The translations under genes were made by a program, and so were the position numbers. Below, one piece after another: positions 49,621 through 58,726 of a stretch of 64,000 nucleotides of DNA. Position 1 is the first letter of the stretch. The number at the start of each line of letters is the position of its first letter. The notes below the pieces were generated by a model that did not search any database, was not told the origin of the DNA, and saw only the letters and a program-made list of their open reading frames with translations. The stretch is from Spirochaetae bacterium HGW-Spirochaetae-1 (lineage in GTDB: Bacteria > Spirochaetota > UBA4802 > UBA5550), in assembly GCA_002839375.1 (NCBI GenBank), contig PGXY01000004.1, positions 277,817 through 341,816 on the forward strand, written 5' to 3'.

Positions 49621-50043
49621 TTATTCGGCCAATCTTTTTTCAAATTCCAGGGCTGTTACTATTTTTATATTGTGATATGGATTCAGGACAAGAAGGTCTT
49701 TATCCCCGGTAATAAGATAGTCAGCATTAGCTGAAACAGCAAGTTCAAGCAGGAAGTTATCTTTTTCATCCCTGCAGTCTTTGATAGCGCAGTCTGGTTT
49801 AATAATCTTAATTTTTTCACCCAGTAATGAAATCAGCTCATAGAATTTAATGGCAGGTATTATTTTTTGTATGCGGGGATACTCGAGGACTTTAATAATT
49901 TCTTCAAATAATTCTTCGGAGAAAATTAACCGGATATTTCCATTTACTAACATTTTTTGCAGTGTGGCCAGGTTCCTGCCAACGAGCATGCTTATCCAGA
50001 GGTTGGTATCAACGACGACTTTTATTACGTTCTGATCTGACAT
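49621..50043 (-). CDS. PIN-domain toxin (VapC-like) of type II toxin–antitoxin system
   Basis: N-terminus VVVDTNLWIS with the first PIN acidic residue, and a distal ITGDKDLL motif. It overlaps the upstream small antitoxin gene. Confidence 0.75.
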   Translation of the reverse strand: MSDQNVIKVVVDTNLWISMLVGRNLATLQKMLVNGNIRLIFSEELFEEIIKVLEYPRIQKIIPAIKFYELISLLGEKIKIIKPDCAIKDCRDEKDNFLLELAVSANADYLITGDKDLLVLNPYHNIKIVTALEFEKRLAE

Positions 50044-50230
50044 TTTCAACTATCGCAGTAATCTCTTCGTCGGAAATTTCGTCCGATCTGAATTCTTTAA
50101 AAAGATTTTCAATACGATATTGGATAATTTCATCTTTTATTGTATCGTACAGCTTTAGCTTTTCATTAAAGGGCATGGCAGCTGCCGCATCAATAATCTG
50201 TTTTGTGTCTATATTCATTTTTATCTGCAT
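50009..50230 (-). CDS. Putative antitoxin ('addiction module component', TIGR02574-like)
   Basis: It is a 73-aa acidic protein (...KQIIDAAAAMPFNEKLKLYDTI...) immediately upstream of, and overlapping, the PIN gene. Confidence 0.6.
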   Translation of the reverse strand: MQIKMNIDTKQIIDAAAAMPFNEKLKLYDTIKDEIIQYRIENLFKEFRSDEISDEEITAIVENVRSERNKSRR

Positions 50231-50443
50231 CTTTATTTTTCCTCACGGGACTCATTATAGTAATAATATATAAAAAAGTACGGTCAAGTTATAATTTTTT
50301 TTTGATTGTTTTTATTTTAATCGAGACTCTGGCAAAGATATACCGTTCTCCGTAAAAACTGGACATGTAATAAGCAATATTTTAAGAGGGATTACATGGA
50401 ACAGAAAAATCAAAGATGGACCGAAGGCCGAAAGGCATACCCG

Positions 50444-52087
50444 TTACTGAAAATGCACCCGGTCCCGGCCCATCTCTTTGGCGCGATACATGGCCGCATC
50501 GGCCCTTTTTAGCGAATCGTGGGCATTATCATCGTTTTCCATGAGGGACGTGAGCCCTATACTGACCGTGAAATCCGCTGTGATGTTGTCCAGGGATACG
50601 CGCGTTGTGGAAATCTCGTTTCTGAGGCGCTGGGCCACATCCAGGGCTCTGTCCCGGTCGGTGTCGATGAGAACCACGGCGAATTCCTCGCCACCCATAC
50701 GTCCCAGAATATCACTTTCCCGCAAAACCTGGCGGGTTTTTTCCACCAGGCTCCGCAGTACCATATCGCCGAAGAAGTGCCCGTGGGCATCATTAATGCT
50801 CTTGAAGTGGTCCACGTCCATCATGAGGAATGACAGGGGATAGCTGTAACGCCGTGACCTGCTGATCTCGTATTCAGCTTTTTCGAAGAAGCTTCGGCGG
50901 TTGTCGATACTGGTTAGGGGGTCCGTGGCAGCCAGGTACTTCAGCCTGTTCTCATGGCTCTTACGCTGGGTTATATCGCGCACCAGGGACTGTATGTATT
51001 TTTTACCTCCCAGGTCGAGTACGCTGAGCATGATCTCGGCGGGGAATATATCACCATCTCGTCTTCGGTGCGTCCATTCGAAGAGATGACTTCCCCTGTC
51101 CATGGCTTTTTGTATGTGTTCACGCGACAGCTTGACGGAATTTTCACCGCCGGGCTGTTCAGGAGGAGAAAAGTCATAGGGGTGATGATTGATAAACTGT
51201 TCCCGGCTGTCGCACCGGAACATGGTCAGCGTTGCCTCGTTGCAGTCCACGAAAGAGTCATTTTCAAGAATCATTACTGCGTCACGTGTCGATTCAAAGA
51301 GGAGACGGTGTTTCATCTCAGATTCCCGCAGTGCGCGTTCCGTCATTTTCTGAGGGGTGATGTCGATGGTGAATCCCGCCAGGAGTGGCGGATGGTCTTT
51401 ACGGATGATGGGGAACTTTGTCGTTGAATAATAGCGCCCATCAAGCTCCTCCACCACTTCCAGGGGTTTTCCTTCCTGCAGGATCCTCTCATCATCGGCC
51501 ACCATGCCTTTTGCCAGGTCCGAAGGGAAGAGGTCGAACATGGTTTTTCCCAGCAGTTCTTCTATGGGCCGGCCGATCATTGTTTCATAGTTTTTACTCA
51601 GTTTAAGGGAACGGATATGGTCGTCTTTAAAAAATACATAGCTGGGGCTGTGTTCCAGAAAGAGGTCGAGCAGATCCCGGTCGGTTTCCAGTTCATTGAG
51701 CCGGTCTTTCTGCCTGTTATGTTGCGAAAGGGCTGAACGGATTGCCATGGGAAGAAGAGTAGCGATATGGGATTCCGGTATGTATCCGCAGGAGATCAGG
51801 GATTCCGATTTCTGCAGCAGTTCCGGGCCGGTATTATCGCCGACAATAAACAGCAGGGGAAGGTCATGGTCCATGAGAAATGCGGCCAGGGTCTGAATAT
51901 CGTCGGGAATGCATTTTCGGGAAAGATTCACGATGATGATCTTGTCGGTATTTCCGGTAATGAGCTCCCTGAATGATTCAGTATTATACACCGGTGATAT
52001 GCTGAATCCCTGCTCCCTCATGAAGGAGAGGGCTTTTCCTTCATCGGTTGCTCGTGGGTCAAAAAAGAGAATTTCGGTTTTATCCAT
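50444..52087 (-). CDS. Response-regulator-like N-domain–PAS–PAS–GGDEF diguanylate cyclase
   Basis: The C-terminal GGDEF domain has an intact GGEEF (RMGGEEFAVVL) and an RxxD I-site region. Two PAS-like segments precede it. Confidence 0.8.
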   Translation of the reverse strand: MDKTEILFFDPRATDEGKALSFMREQGFSISPVYNTESFRELITGNTDKIIIVNLSRKCIPDDIQTLAAFLMDHDLPLLFIVGDNTGPELLQKSESLISCGYIPESHIATLLPMAIRSALSQHNRQKDRLNELETDRDLLDLFLEHSPSYVFFKDDHIRSLKLSKNYETMIGRPIEELLGKTMFDLFPSDLAKGMVADDERILQEGKPLEVVEELDGRYYSTTKFPIIRKDHPPLLAGFTIDITPQKMTERALRESEMKHRLLFESTRDAVMILENDSFVDCNEATLTMFRCDSREQFINHHPYDFSPPEQPGGENSVKLSREHIQKAMDRGSHLFEWTHRRRDGDIFPAEIMLSVLDLGGKKYIQSLVRDITQRKSHENRLKYLAATDPLTSIDNRRSFFEKAEYEISRSRRYSYPLSFLMMDVDHFKSINDAHGHFFGDMVLRSLVEKTRQVLRESDILGRMGGEEFAVVLIDTDRDRALDVAQRLRNEISTTRVSLDNITADFTVSIGLTSLMENDDNAHDSLKRADAAMYRAKEMGRDRVHFQ

Positions 52088-52227
52088 TGATTAAATTTGC
52101 TCCGTATTGCAGCACTATATATACAGTAAAAATAAACGTACAGTTATTTTCAAATATTTTATTTTTGCTTTTCCAATATTTATCAGACCATGGAGAGAAT
52201 TTTCCCCTCTGCGTCGCCTATGATACG

Positions 52228-52242
52228 GCTCTGACCCCAGGA
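52228..52242 (+). repeat. REP-like element copy (GGCTCTGACCCCAGG)
   Basis: Same core as the REPs flanking the RAYT gene. It is paired with an inverted copy 66 bp downstream. Confidence 0.6.
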
Positions 52243-52301
52243 AGTATCCCCGGGAATTGACTATGATGTGGTGAATACCGCAGCCGGAACCGGATCTGGC
52301 T

Positions 52302-52319
52302 GCATGGAGGGTCAGAGCC
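52302..52319 (-). repeat. REP-like element copy, inverted (GCATGGAGGGTCAGAGCC)
   Basis: Its 17-mer is identical to the copy at 22777-22793. Confidence 0.6.
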
Positions 52320-52583
52320 TCCCCGGAAAAGATCCGGCCCAGGCGTTTACCTACGGCAGTATAGTAATCCAGAATACCCATCTCTTCAGGCGGGCTTTCC
52401 AGGAAAAGCTGGTTCTCGTTGTTCAGGTCGCCCGTGGTCTGGAGAAAATAGAACTTCATGGAAATATCCTGCCATAAATAAAAGATAATTACAAATAAAA
52501 AATGATTGTCAGGTGATTGTTGCGGCGCTATGACATCTGTATGGTTGTTGAAAATTAGAATGGCAATTATATAAAAGAGGGAC

Positions 52584-53531
52584 ATGGTTGAAGTAACGGA
52601 GCTTACCAAGTTTTTTGTCACACGGAAAAAGGGGTTCTTTGAAAAACCCGGCACTATCCGGGCCGTGGACAACATCAGCTTTTCCATCAGGCGCGGCGAG
52701 ACCCTGGGCATGGTGGGCGAGAGCGGCAGCGGCAAGACTACGGCGGTGCGTTCCCTCCTGCGACTTATCGAGCCCGATGCCGGAACCGTCATCATCAATG
52801 GTGTAAGGGTCGATTCCCTGGCCGGGAAGGACCTGCGGGAATTCCGTAAGAATGTACAGATCGTGTTCCAGGACCCCTACAGCGCCCTGGACCCGCGCAT
52901 GACCGTGGGTAAAATTATTTCCGAGCCGTTGCGCATTCACACCGATATGAACAGGACCCTGATACAGGAGCGCCTGGAGGAACTGATCGACCTGGTGGGT
53001 CTCACACCGGACCACATAGACCGGTATCCCCATGAATTCAGCGGAGGGCAGCGCCAACGTATCGGCATCGCCCGGGCCATTGCCCTGAACCCCTCCTTCA
53101 TCATTCTCGATGAACCGGTCTCGGCGCTGGACGTTTCCATACAGGGACAGATTCTTAACCTGCTGAACGACATACAGGAAAAGATGGGCCTGACCTATCT
53201 TTTCGTGGCCCACAACCTGGCCGTGGTGGAGCATATGAGCGATACCATCGTGGTCATGTACCTGGGGAAAATCGTCGAGGAGAGCCCCAGGGCCGATCTC
53301 TTTGCAAATCCGCTTCATCCCTATACGCGGAGCCTCCTCAAATCCGTTCCCGAGATGAAGGCCCGCAAACACGGTTTTTCCGTTCTGAAGGGTGAGATAC
53401 CCTCGCCGGAAAATCCTCCGCAGGGCTGTCATTTTCATCCCCGGTGCCCCCAGGCTATGGATATATGCAGGGACGTCTATCCCGACATGAAAAAGACGGG
53501 CAATGCTCGCGCCGCCTGTCATCTCTATTGA
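52584..53531 (+). CDS. Oligopeptide/dipeptide ABC transporter ATP-binding protein (OppF/DppF-like), apparently orphan
   Basis: Walker A GESGSGKTT, ABC signature LSGGQRQR, and the C-terminal oligopeptide-ABC extension (HPYTRSLL...CHFHPRCP). Confidence 0.85.
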   Translation: MVEVTELTKFFVTRKKGFFEKPGTIRAVDNISFSIRRGETLGMVGESGSGKTTAVRSLLRLIEPDAGTVIINGVRVDSLAGKDLREFRKNVQIVFQDPYSALDPRMTVGKIISEPLRIHTDMNRTLIQERLEELIDLVGLTPDHIDRYPHEFSGGQRQRIGIARAIALNPSFIILDEPVSALDVSIQGQILNLLNDIQEKMGLTYLFVAHNLAVVEHMSDTIVVMYLGKIVEESPRADLFANPLHPYTRSLLKSVPEMKARKHGFSVLKGEIPSPENPPQGCHFHPRCPQAMDICRDVYPDMKKTGNARAACHLY

Positions 53532-53550
53532 TGGGGCCGGTCACAATCAT

Positions 53551-54366
53551 ATGAAGGAACGGGAAACCATTCGCCGCCGAATTCGTTTAATCATCGCCTG
53601 TACTTTTATTACTGCCATGACCGTTTCGTGCCACCGCAGCGCTTTCGACCTGAGCGGCTTCATCTATCCCGGCAACGACAGCACCATGGTACCCCGCATT
53701 GGTGCCGGTGAAATGATATCCGTTCCTTCGGGGGAGCGCCTGTCGCGGGGATATTTTTCACCCCGGGGTCAGCGTCTTGTCGTGTTTTTCCACGGCAACG
53801 GTGAATCGATGTACCACATGGAAATAACGGGGAAAAAATTTTACGAGGCCGGTTACGGTATTCTCTTGGCGGAATATCCCGGTTACGGTGTTTCGGCGCA
53901 GTACGAGGCGAACGAAAAAAATATTTATGAAGACGGCGATGCCCTTATTCGTCATGTTCAGTCCTCACATTCAATTTCACCGCGGGATACGGTGCTGTTC
54001 GGATATTCCCTGGGGACCGGCGTGGCCGTCGAGATGGCCTCACGGGGACTGGGTTCGAAGATGATACTCATCGCGCCCTACACGGCAACCTATGATGTGG
54101 CCGCCCATTACTTCATTCCCGGACTGCCCCGCATGCTTATAAATGACATCTATGAAACAAAAAACAAAGCGCCATCCATTACCATGCCGGTGCTGATCAT
54201 ACACGGGAAGCGCGATAAAACAATACCCTTCAGAATGAGCGAGGAGCTGACGCCCCTTTTCAGGGACGCCGTGATGATTCCCGTTGAGGACGCGGGCCAC
54301 GAGGTCATCGTGCGTGTTACCGATGGGGAACTGTGGAAGGCTGTCTCGGATTTTCTTGCCCGCTGA
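53551..54366 (+). CDS. Alpha/beta hydrolase (secreted/lipoprotein-like)
   Basis: HG oxyanion region VVFFHGNGE, nucleophile elbow GYSLG, and a C-terminal His (DAGHEV). Confidence 0.75.
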   Translation: MKERETIRRRIRLIIACTFITAMTVSCHRSAFDLSGFIYPGNDSTMVPRIGAGEMISVPSGERLSRGYFSPRGQRLVVFFHGNGESMYHMEITGKKFYEAGYGILLAEYPGYGVSAQYEANEKNIYEDGDALIRHVQSSHSISPRDTVLFGYSLGTGVAVEMASRGLGSKMILIAPYTATYDVAAHYFIPGLPRMLINDIYETKNKAPSITMPVLIIHGKRDKTIPFRMSEELTPLFRDAVMIPVEDAGHEVIVRVTDGELWKAVSDFLAR

Positions 54367-54420
54367 TCACCTGCTGCATTTTCCGATAATGATCACAACG
54401 GGCATTATAGAAACTAGTTT

Positions 54421-54900
54421 CTAAAAGTAATACCGGGCTCCGATGCCGCCGTCGATGTCAAATTCCGTGGCCGGATAGAGGGATATCCCCGGGGCAAGCT
54501 CGGCAAAAAGCTCCACCCGGGGGATGACAAAGAACTGGAGACCCACGGGAATGCGGATGCCGAAACCGGCCGTTGTATCATCATGATGGTTATTGTCGTC
54601 CCTGCTGTGCTTATCCATGATGCGCAGTTTCAATCCGGCGCCGATGAACCAGTTAACGGGCTGGGCAAGGGTGGCGTTGTAGATCCAGTAATCGCAATGC
54701 AGGTGGAAATGGTTGTTGACTGACCAGGCAATGCCCACCACGGGGAAGTTTTTATATTTCAATGAAATTCCCGTTGGTTCGCCAAGAATGACGCCCAGGC
54801 CGAAGTCGGTTTTTCCCTGGGCCCGGAGACCAGAAATTCCCGAAAGAATAAAACCGGCTATCAGCACAGTCAATAAAAGAGTACGTTTTTTCATGTCCAT
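54421..54900 (-). CDS. Small outer-membrane beta-barrel protein (OmpW/OmpA-like porin family)
   Basis: It has a signal peptide, alternating amphipathic strands and a C-terminal aromatic residue (…GARYYF). Confidence 0.7.
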   Translation of the reverse strand: MDMKKRTLLLTVLIAGFILSGISGLRAQGKTDFGLGVILGEPTGISLKYKNFPVVGIAWSVNNHFHLHCDYWIYNATLAQPVNWFIGAGLKLRIMDKHSRDDNNHHDDTTAGFGIRIPVGLQFFVIPRVELFAELAPGISLYPATEFDIDGGIGARYYF

Positions 54901-55076
54901 AATGGGTGGTTCCTTTTTAGTTTTTTCCGGCAGTTGTTCCGGGTTGTTGACTGATTGTATATAAAATGGTATTTCAAGTTGAATAGTGTCAATTAAAAAG
55001 TTGCCTGATGCCCGTTGTTTTTTATTGCAAATTTTTGGCTGACATGAGCTAAGGTATTCCCGAGGAGAATCATTCG

Positions 55077-55652
55077 ATGGATTTTATATCGGTTTTAGTC
55101 ATAGCAGTTGCCCTGGCCATGGATGCCTTTTCCGTGTCGGTGTCGGCCGGCATGACAATCGACTGTCCCGGGCCCCGGCATTATTTCCGCATGAGTTTTC
55201 ATTTCGGCCTGTTCCAGTTCATGATGCCCATCCTCGGGTACCTGGGCGGCAAATATCTTGAAAATTTTATTCGAAATTACGATCACTGGGTGGCTTTTTC
55301 ACTTCTTTTTCTGATCGGGATAAAAATGATCAAGGAATCCTTCGATAAAAAAGACGAACAACGGGAACCCGGCAGTAATGCCTGCAAGGACCCGTCACGG
55401 GGCTGGACGCTTATCGTCCTTGCCGTGGCCACCAGTATTGACGCCCTGGCAGTGGGTCTTACCATCGGTGTCCTGGACAAACCCATTATTCTGCCCAGCA
55501 TCATAATCGGTATTGTTTGCGCCGGTTTTTCAATTATCGGTATCGCCCTGGGGAACCGGGTCGGCAAATATGTGAGCAGTGGCGGAGAGGTTATCGGCGG
55601 CGTTATGCTTATTCTCATCGGGATAAAAATACTGGCTGAGCACCTGCTGTGA
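55077..55652 (+). CDS. mntP: Manganese efflux pump MntP
   Basis: It starts MDFISVLVIAVALAMDAFSVS (the MntP/DUF204 N-terminus) and shows a duplicated motif (SIDALAVGL). Confidence 0.85.
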   Translation: MDFISVLVIAVALAMDAFSVSVSAGMTIDCPGPRHYFRMSFHFGLFQFMMPILGYLGGKYLENFIRNYDHWVAFSLLFLIGIKMIKESFDKKDEQREPGSNACKDPSRGWTLIVLAVATSIDALAVGLTIGVLDKPIILPSIIIGIVCAGFSIIGIALGNRVGKYVSSGGEVIGGVMLILIGIKILAEHLL

Positions 55653-55793
55653 CCTGTCCATTTAAGTCTGAATAATGATTTTCATTCATTCCTTGTTTTA
55701 AATAATAGTAACGGTTATCTTAAAAAAGTGGAACCGGCAGATCATTACCGGGGTCAAATGATTAAAACAACAAACAGGAAAAGGAGAAAATCA

Positions 55794-56207
55794 ATGAATA
55801 CTGTATGGAACAAAAAAATGCCCTTTGCCTTATTACTGGCGACTGCTCTGGTCTTTACGGCGGGCGGACTATCGGCCCGGGAAGGGAAAAAATGCTGCGG
55901 CGCACCTGATGGACCGGGATTCGGTTATCATATGGGCAGTATCCATCATCTGGAATTTATGCAGAAGGAGCTGGGCCTTTCGGACCAGCAACTCAAGGAT
56001 GTTTTTGATATAACCCAGAAATATCGTCAGAAATATTTTGACAACCGAGGCAATGTGGACAAGACACTGGAGCTCAGGCTAGAGGAAAGAAAGGAAATCA
56101 AAAAGGTGCTCTCCGCAGAGCAGCAAAAAAAGTTTGATGATCTGACCATGAGAAAGGGCCGGGGGATGAAGGGCAACATGAAAGACTGTCCGTACCGGAA
56201 TAAATAG
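55794..56207 (+). CDS. Periplasmic Spy/CpxP-family (LTXXQ-motif) protein
   Basis: It has a signal peptide and LTXXQ-like helical repeats (LSDQQLKDVFDITQKYRQK; LSAEQQKKFDDL). Start set at ATG 55794 with an AAGGAG RBS. Confidence 0.7.
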   Translation: MNTVWNKKMPFALLLATALVFTAGGLSAREGKKCCGAPDGPGFGYHMGSIHHLEFMQKELGLSDQQLKDVFDITQKYRQKYFDNRGNVDKTLELRLEERKEIKKVLSAEQQKKFDDLTMRKGRGMKGNMKDCPYRNK

Positions 56208-56291
56208 CAGAGAATGACAGGAATGAACGGAGCCGTCATCTGCTTATAACAAATCGGATGACGGTCCCGTGTTTAAAAAGGAGTATCAGCC

Positions 56292-56798
56292 ATGAATAAA
56301 GTACTGATTGCATTACCCTTACTGATCGTCATACTCACTGCTCCGGTAATGGCCGGGGAGGGAGAAAGGTTTCAGGGAAGGAATATGCGAAACGGTGAAT
56401 GTATTGCCGGCCCGGGACCCGATGGGCATATGGGCCCCTACCACGGACTCTGCTACGGTGATCCGAAGTTCCTCCGGGAAGAGCTGAATCTCAGCAGTGA
56501 GCAGATCGGGAAAGTGGCGGAAATAAACGACCGGTTCCGGAAGGAAAGGGATGTCTATTACAAGGAGATGAAACCCGGGAAGGAAGAACTGAAAAAACTG
56601 CTGCTGGCCGAGAAAATCAATTATGATGAGGTGCGGAAAAAGCTGAAGCAGATATCAGACATTGAAATAGAGTTGAGAATACTTCAGATCAAACACCGTC
56701 TTGAGCTGCAGAAAGTACTGACACCGGAGCAGCTGAATAAGCTGAAGAACGAGTACCGGCATATGAAGCATCGGAGGATGCGCAGAAACAATGACTGA
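56292..56798 (+). CDS. Periplasmic Spy/CpxP-family (LTXXQ-motif) protein, paralog
   Basis: It has a signal peptide and the motifs LSSEQIGKVAEIN and LTPEQLNKLKNEY. Confidence 0.7.
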   Translation: MNKVLIALPLLIVILTAPVMAGEGERFQGRNMRNGECIAGPGPDGHMGPYHGLCYGDPKFLREELNLSSEQIGKVAEINDRFRKERDVYYKEMKPGKEELKKLLLAEKINYDEVRKKLKQISDIEIELRILQIKHRLELQKVLTPEQLNKLKNEYRHMKHRRMRRNND

Positions 56799-57294
56799 CC
56801 GTGAATTCGCCGACATTGTAGGCCAGACAAAGGCCGTGGTGCTTTCTGCGGTGGGGAAGCACCTGGACAGCAGACATTATCATGCCATTGATGATGTGGT
56901 GCAGGAGACCTATCTCCGGGCCTATAAAAATCTGGCAAAGAACGGTTTTCGCCAGGATTCATCTATCGGCACCTGGCTTTACACTATTGCCAGGAACGAA
57001 TCGATCCGGATGAACATGAGGCTGGGCCGTGAAGAGAAAAAATCCTTAAAAGCTGCCGAAGACATGAAGAATGTTGATGCGGCCGGTAACCTGCCGGATT
57101 TTGAAATTGAGCATCTGCATGATACAATCGCCAGGCTTCCGGGAAAATACCGGGAGGTGCTGGAACTGGTGGCCCGGGGCTTTTCCATCGAAGAGATAGC
57201 GGGCAAACTGGGTATGCGCCGGGGAACGGTGAAATCCAGGACATCGCGGGGAAAGGAGATGCTGAAAAAAATGATGCAGGAGGTGACACAATGA
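56791..57294 (+). CDS. RNA polymerase sigma-70 factor, ECF subfamily
   Basis: Its region 2 reads ETYLRAYKNLAKNG...WLYTIARNE, and region 4 carries an HTH. It overlaps the upstream gene by 8 nt. Confidence 0.85.
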   Translation: MTDREFADIVGQTKAVVLSAVGKHLDSRHYHAIDDVVQETYLRAYKNLAKNGFRQDSSIGTWLYTIARNESIRMNMRLGREEKKSLKAAEDMKNVDAAGNLPDFEIEHLHDTIARLPGKYREVLELVARGFSIEEIAGKLGMRRGTVKSRTSRGKEMLKKMMQEVTQ

Positions 57295-57656
57295 TTTTAA
57301 AAAATTACGACGATATGATGCAGAAGGAAATACAGGCCCGCATGGAAAGCAGTGCGTGGGATTTTTCCATTGCCACGGCAGTGATGCGCGAAAAGCGAAA
57401 GACCCTCCGGCATTTCACCTATGCAGCCTCATCCCTGGCATTCGCGGCCGTGTTTACCGTGGTATTCATCTTTGGCCTGGGACGGGATGCTGAAAAGCCC
57501 GTTTACAGCAACTTTATTTCGCAGCAGGTTGAGAAGACCCATGCCGGGAGCTTTGAAAAAAATATTCTGCTCGTATCTTCCACTAAAGCCGAACAAGCCG
57601 TGATATTTTCCGATGATATGACCAGTCTTATCGATGATGCTCTCATCCTGAGATAG
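57291..57656 (+). CDS. Putative anti-sigma factor (single-pass membrane protein)
   Basis: It is translationally coupled to the ECF sigma gene by ATGA. A TM helix follows a short N-terminal domain. Confidence 0.55.
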   Translation: MILKNYDDMMQKEIQARMESSAWDFSIATAVMREKRKTLRHFTYAASSLAFAAVFTVVFIFGLGRDAEKPVYSNFISQQVEKTHAGSFEKNILLVSSTKAEQAVIFSDDMTSLIDDALILR

Positions 57657-57703
57657 AGTCCCGGGAGCGTTTTTTTCTCCATAGACGCGACACGGTAAAA
57701 ACC

Positions 57704-58684
57704 TTGACAGGTCGGCCTTTCGCGTCCATCCTGCATGACATGGGAACCGATAAAAATATTTCTCATTATGGATTCAATGCATCCCCCAATTCAGGTCTGT
57801 CTTTTTCAGGGAAAATAGCCCGTATCATACTGCTTATCCTTTTATTCCAATTCACCATCAGCCTCCAGGCCGGAGAAATCTGGAAGGAGGTGCGGTATCT
57901 CAATGATCTGCTGAGAATCGCCGAGAATCCTCCTGTTGAAGAGCTGCCCACGGAAAAGATATACCTTGGAAAGGAGGCCCTTTTCTGCACCGGCGAGGAG
58001 AAAGTGGCTGTGGAAAACAACCGGGCAGCCCGGCTGCTGGAGGAGGGGAAGTATGAGGAAGCCAGGGAAATACTGAACAACGCTCTTCCCCATGCAGCGC
58101 TTTTTTTCCCTTTCCGCTACAATCTGGGCCTGTGCTATCTCCATCTCGATGATCTCAAGATGGCCCATTTACATTTCACCAAGGCGCAGCAGGTTGTTCC
58201 CCAGTTTCCCAAGACGTATCTGCAGTTGGGATACATCTATGAACGATGGAACAGGGACAGCGAAGCTGTGGAAACCTTTCGCGAGGCCCTGCGGCGGAAT
58301 GCCAGGGAGCTCGATACCTTTATCCTGATCGGCGACATATTTTTCAAGAGGCACCAACTGGAGATGGCGCAGAAGTATTATGATGCGTCCCTGACACTGC
58401 AGCGCCGCTTCCCCAACGGGCTCCTGGGCAGGGCGAAAATACAGTTCATGAGGAAGAGATATCTACAGGCTTTGAACCTCCTGAAGGCCATTGACACAAA
58501 GGGAGACTATGATAAATCGCTTCATTATTACTACGGTGAAGCGGCCTTCAAGCTGCGTGATTATAAAACTGCGGCGGAACAGTATGAAATACTGCTGAAA
58601 AACCGTACGTCACGATTTTTTCTTACCAACTCGTCGCGACTGATTGAACACAAGCTGAATCTGAGCAGGCAGTTCATTCAGTAA
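57704..58684 (+). CDS. TPR-repeat protein (secreted; start may be internal ATG ~57740)
   Basis: It has TPR-like repeats (YNLGLCYLHLDDLKMAHLHFTKAQQV...; YLQLGYIYERWNRDSEAVETFREALRRN). Confidence 0.65.
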   Translation: MTGRPFASILHDMGTDKNISHYGFNASPNSGLSFSGKIARIILLILLFQFTISLQAGEIWKEVRYLNDLLRIAENPPVEELPTEKIYLGKEALFCTGEEKVAVENNRAARLLEEGKYEEAREILNNALPHAALFFPFRYNLGLCYLHLDDLKMAHLHFTKAQQVVPQFPKTYLQLGYIYERWNRDSEAVETFREALRRNARELDTFILIGDIFFKRHQLEMAQKYYDASLTLQRRFPNGLLGRAKIQFMRKRYLQALNLLKAIDTKGDYDKSLHYYYGEAAFKLRDYKTAAEQYEILLKNRTSRFFLTNSSRLIEHKLNLSRQFIQ

Positions 58685-58726
58685 GGGTCTTGCGCAAATG
58701 TTTTTTAATTATCAGCAGGGATAAAA

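Noticed and set aside
52115-52798. 227-aa minus-strand ORF spanning the GGDEF/ABC intergenic region
   Set aside because: It runs through the REP elements and antisense into the ABC ATPase gene. Only a short N-terminal part (MKFYFLQ...) might be a remnant small gene, noted under the REP finding.
52509-53522. 337-aa minus-strand ORF
   Set aside because: It is antisense to the OppF-type ABC ATPase, which has Walker A/B and ABC signature motifs.
54901-55076. Possible yybP-ykoY Mn2+ riboswitch upstream of mntP
   Set aside because: I looked for the conserved GGGGAGUAG and AUAC/GACAUA elements of the yybP-ykoY motif and found neither in the 176-bp leader, so I do not call a riboswitch.
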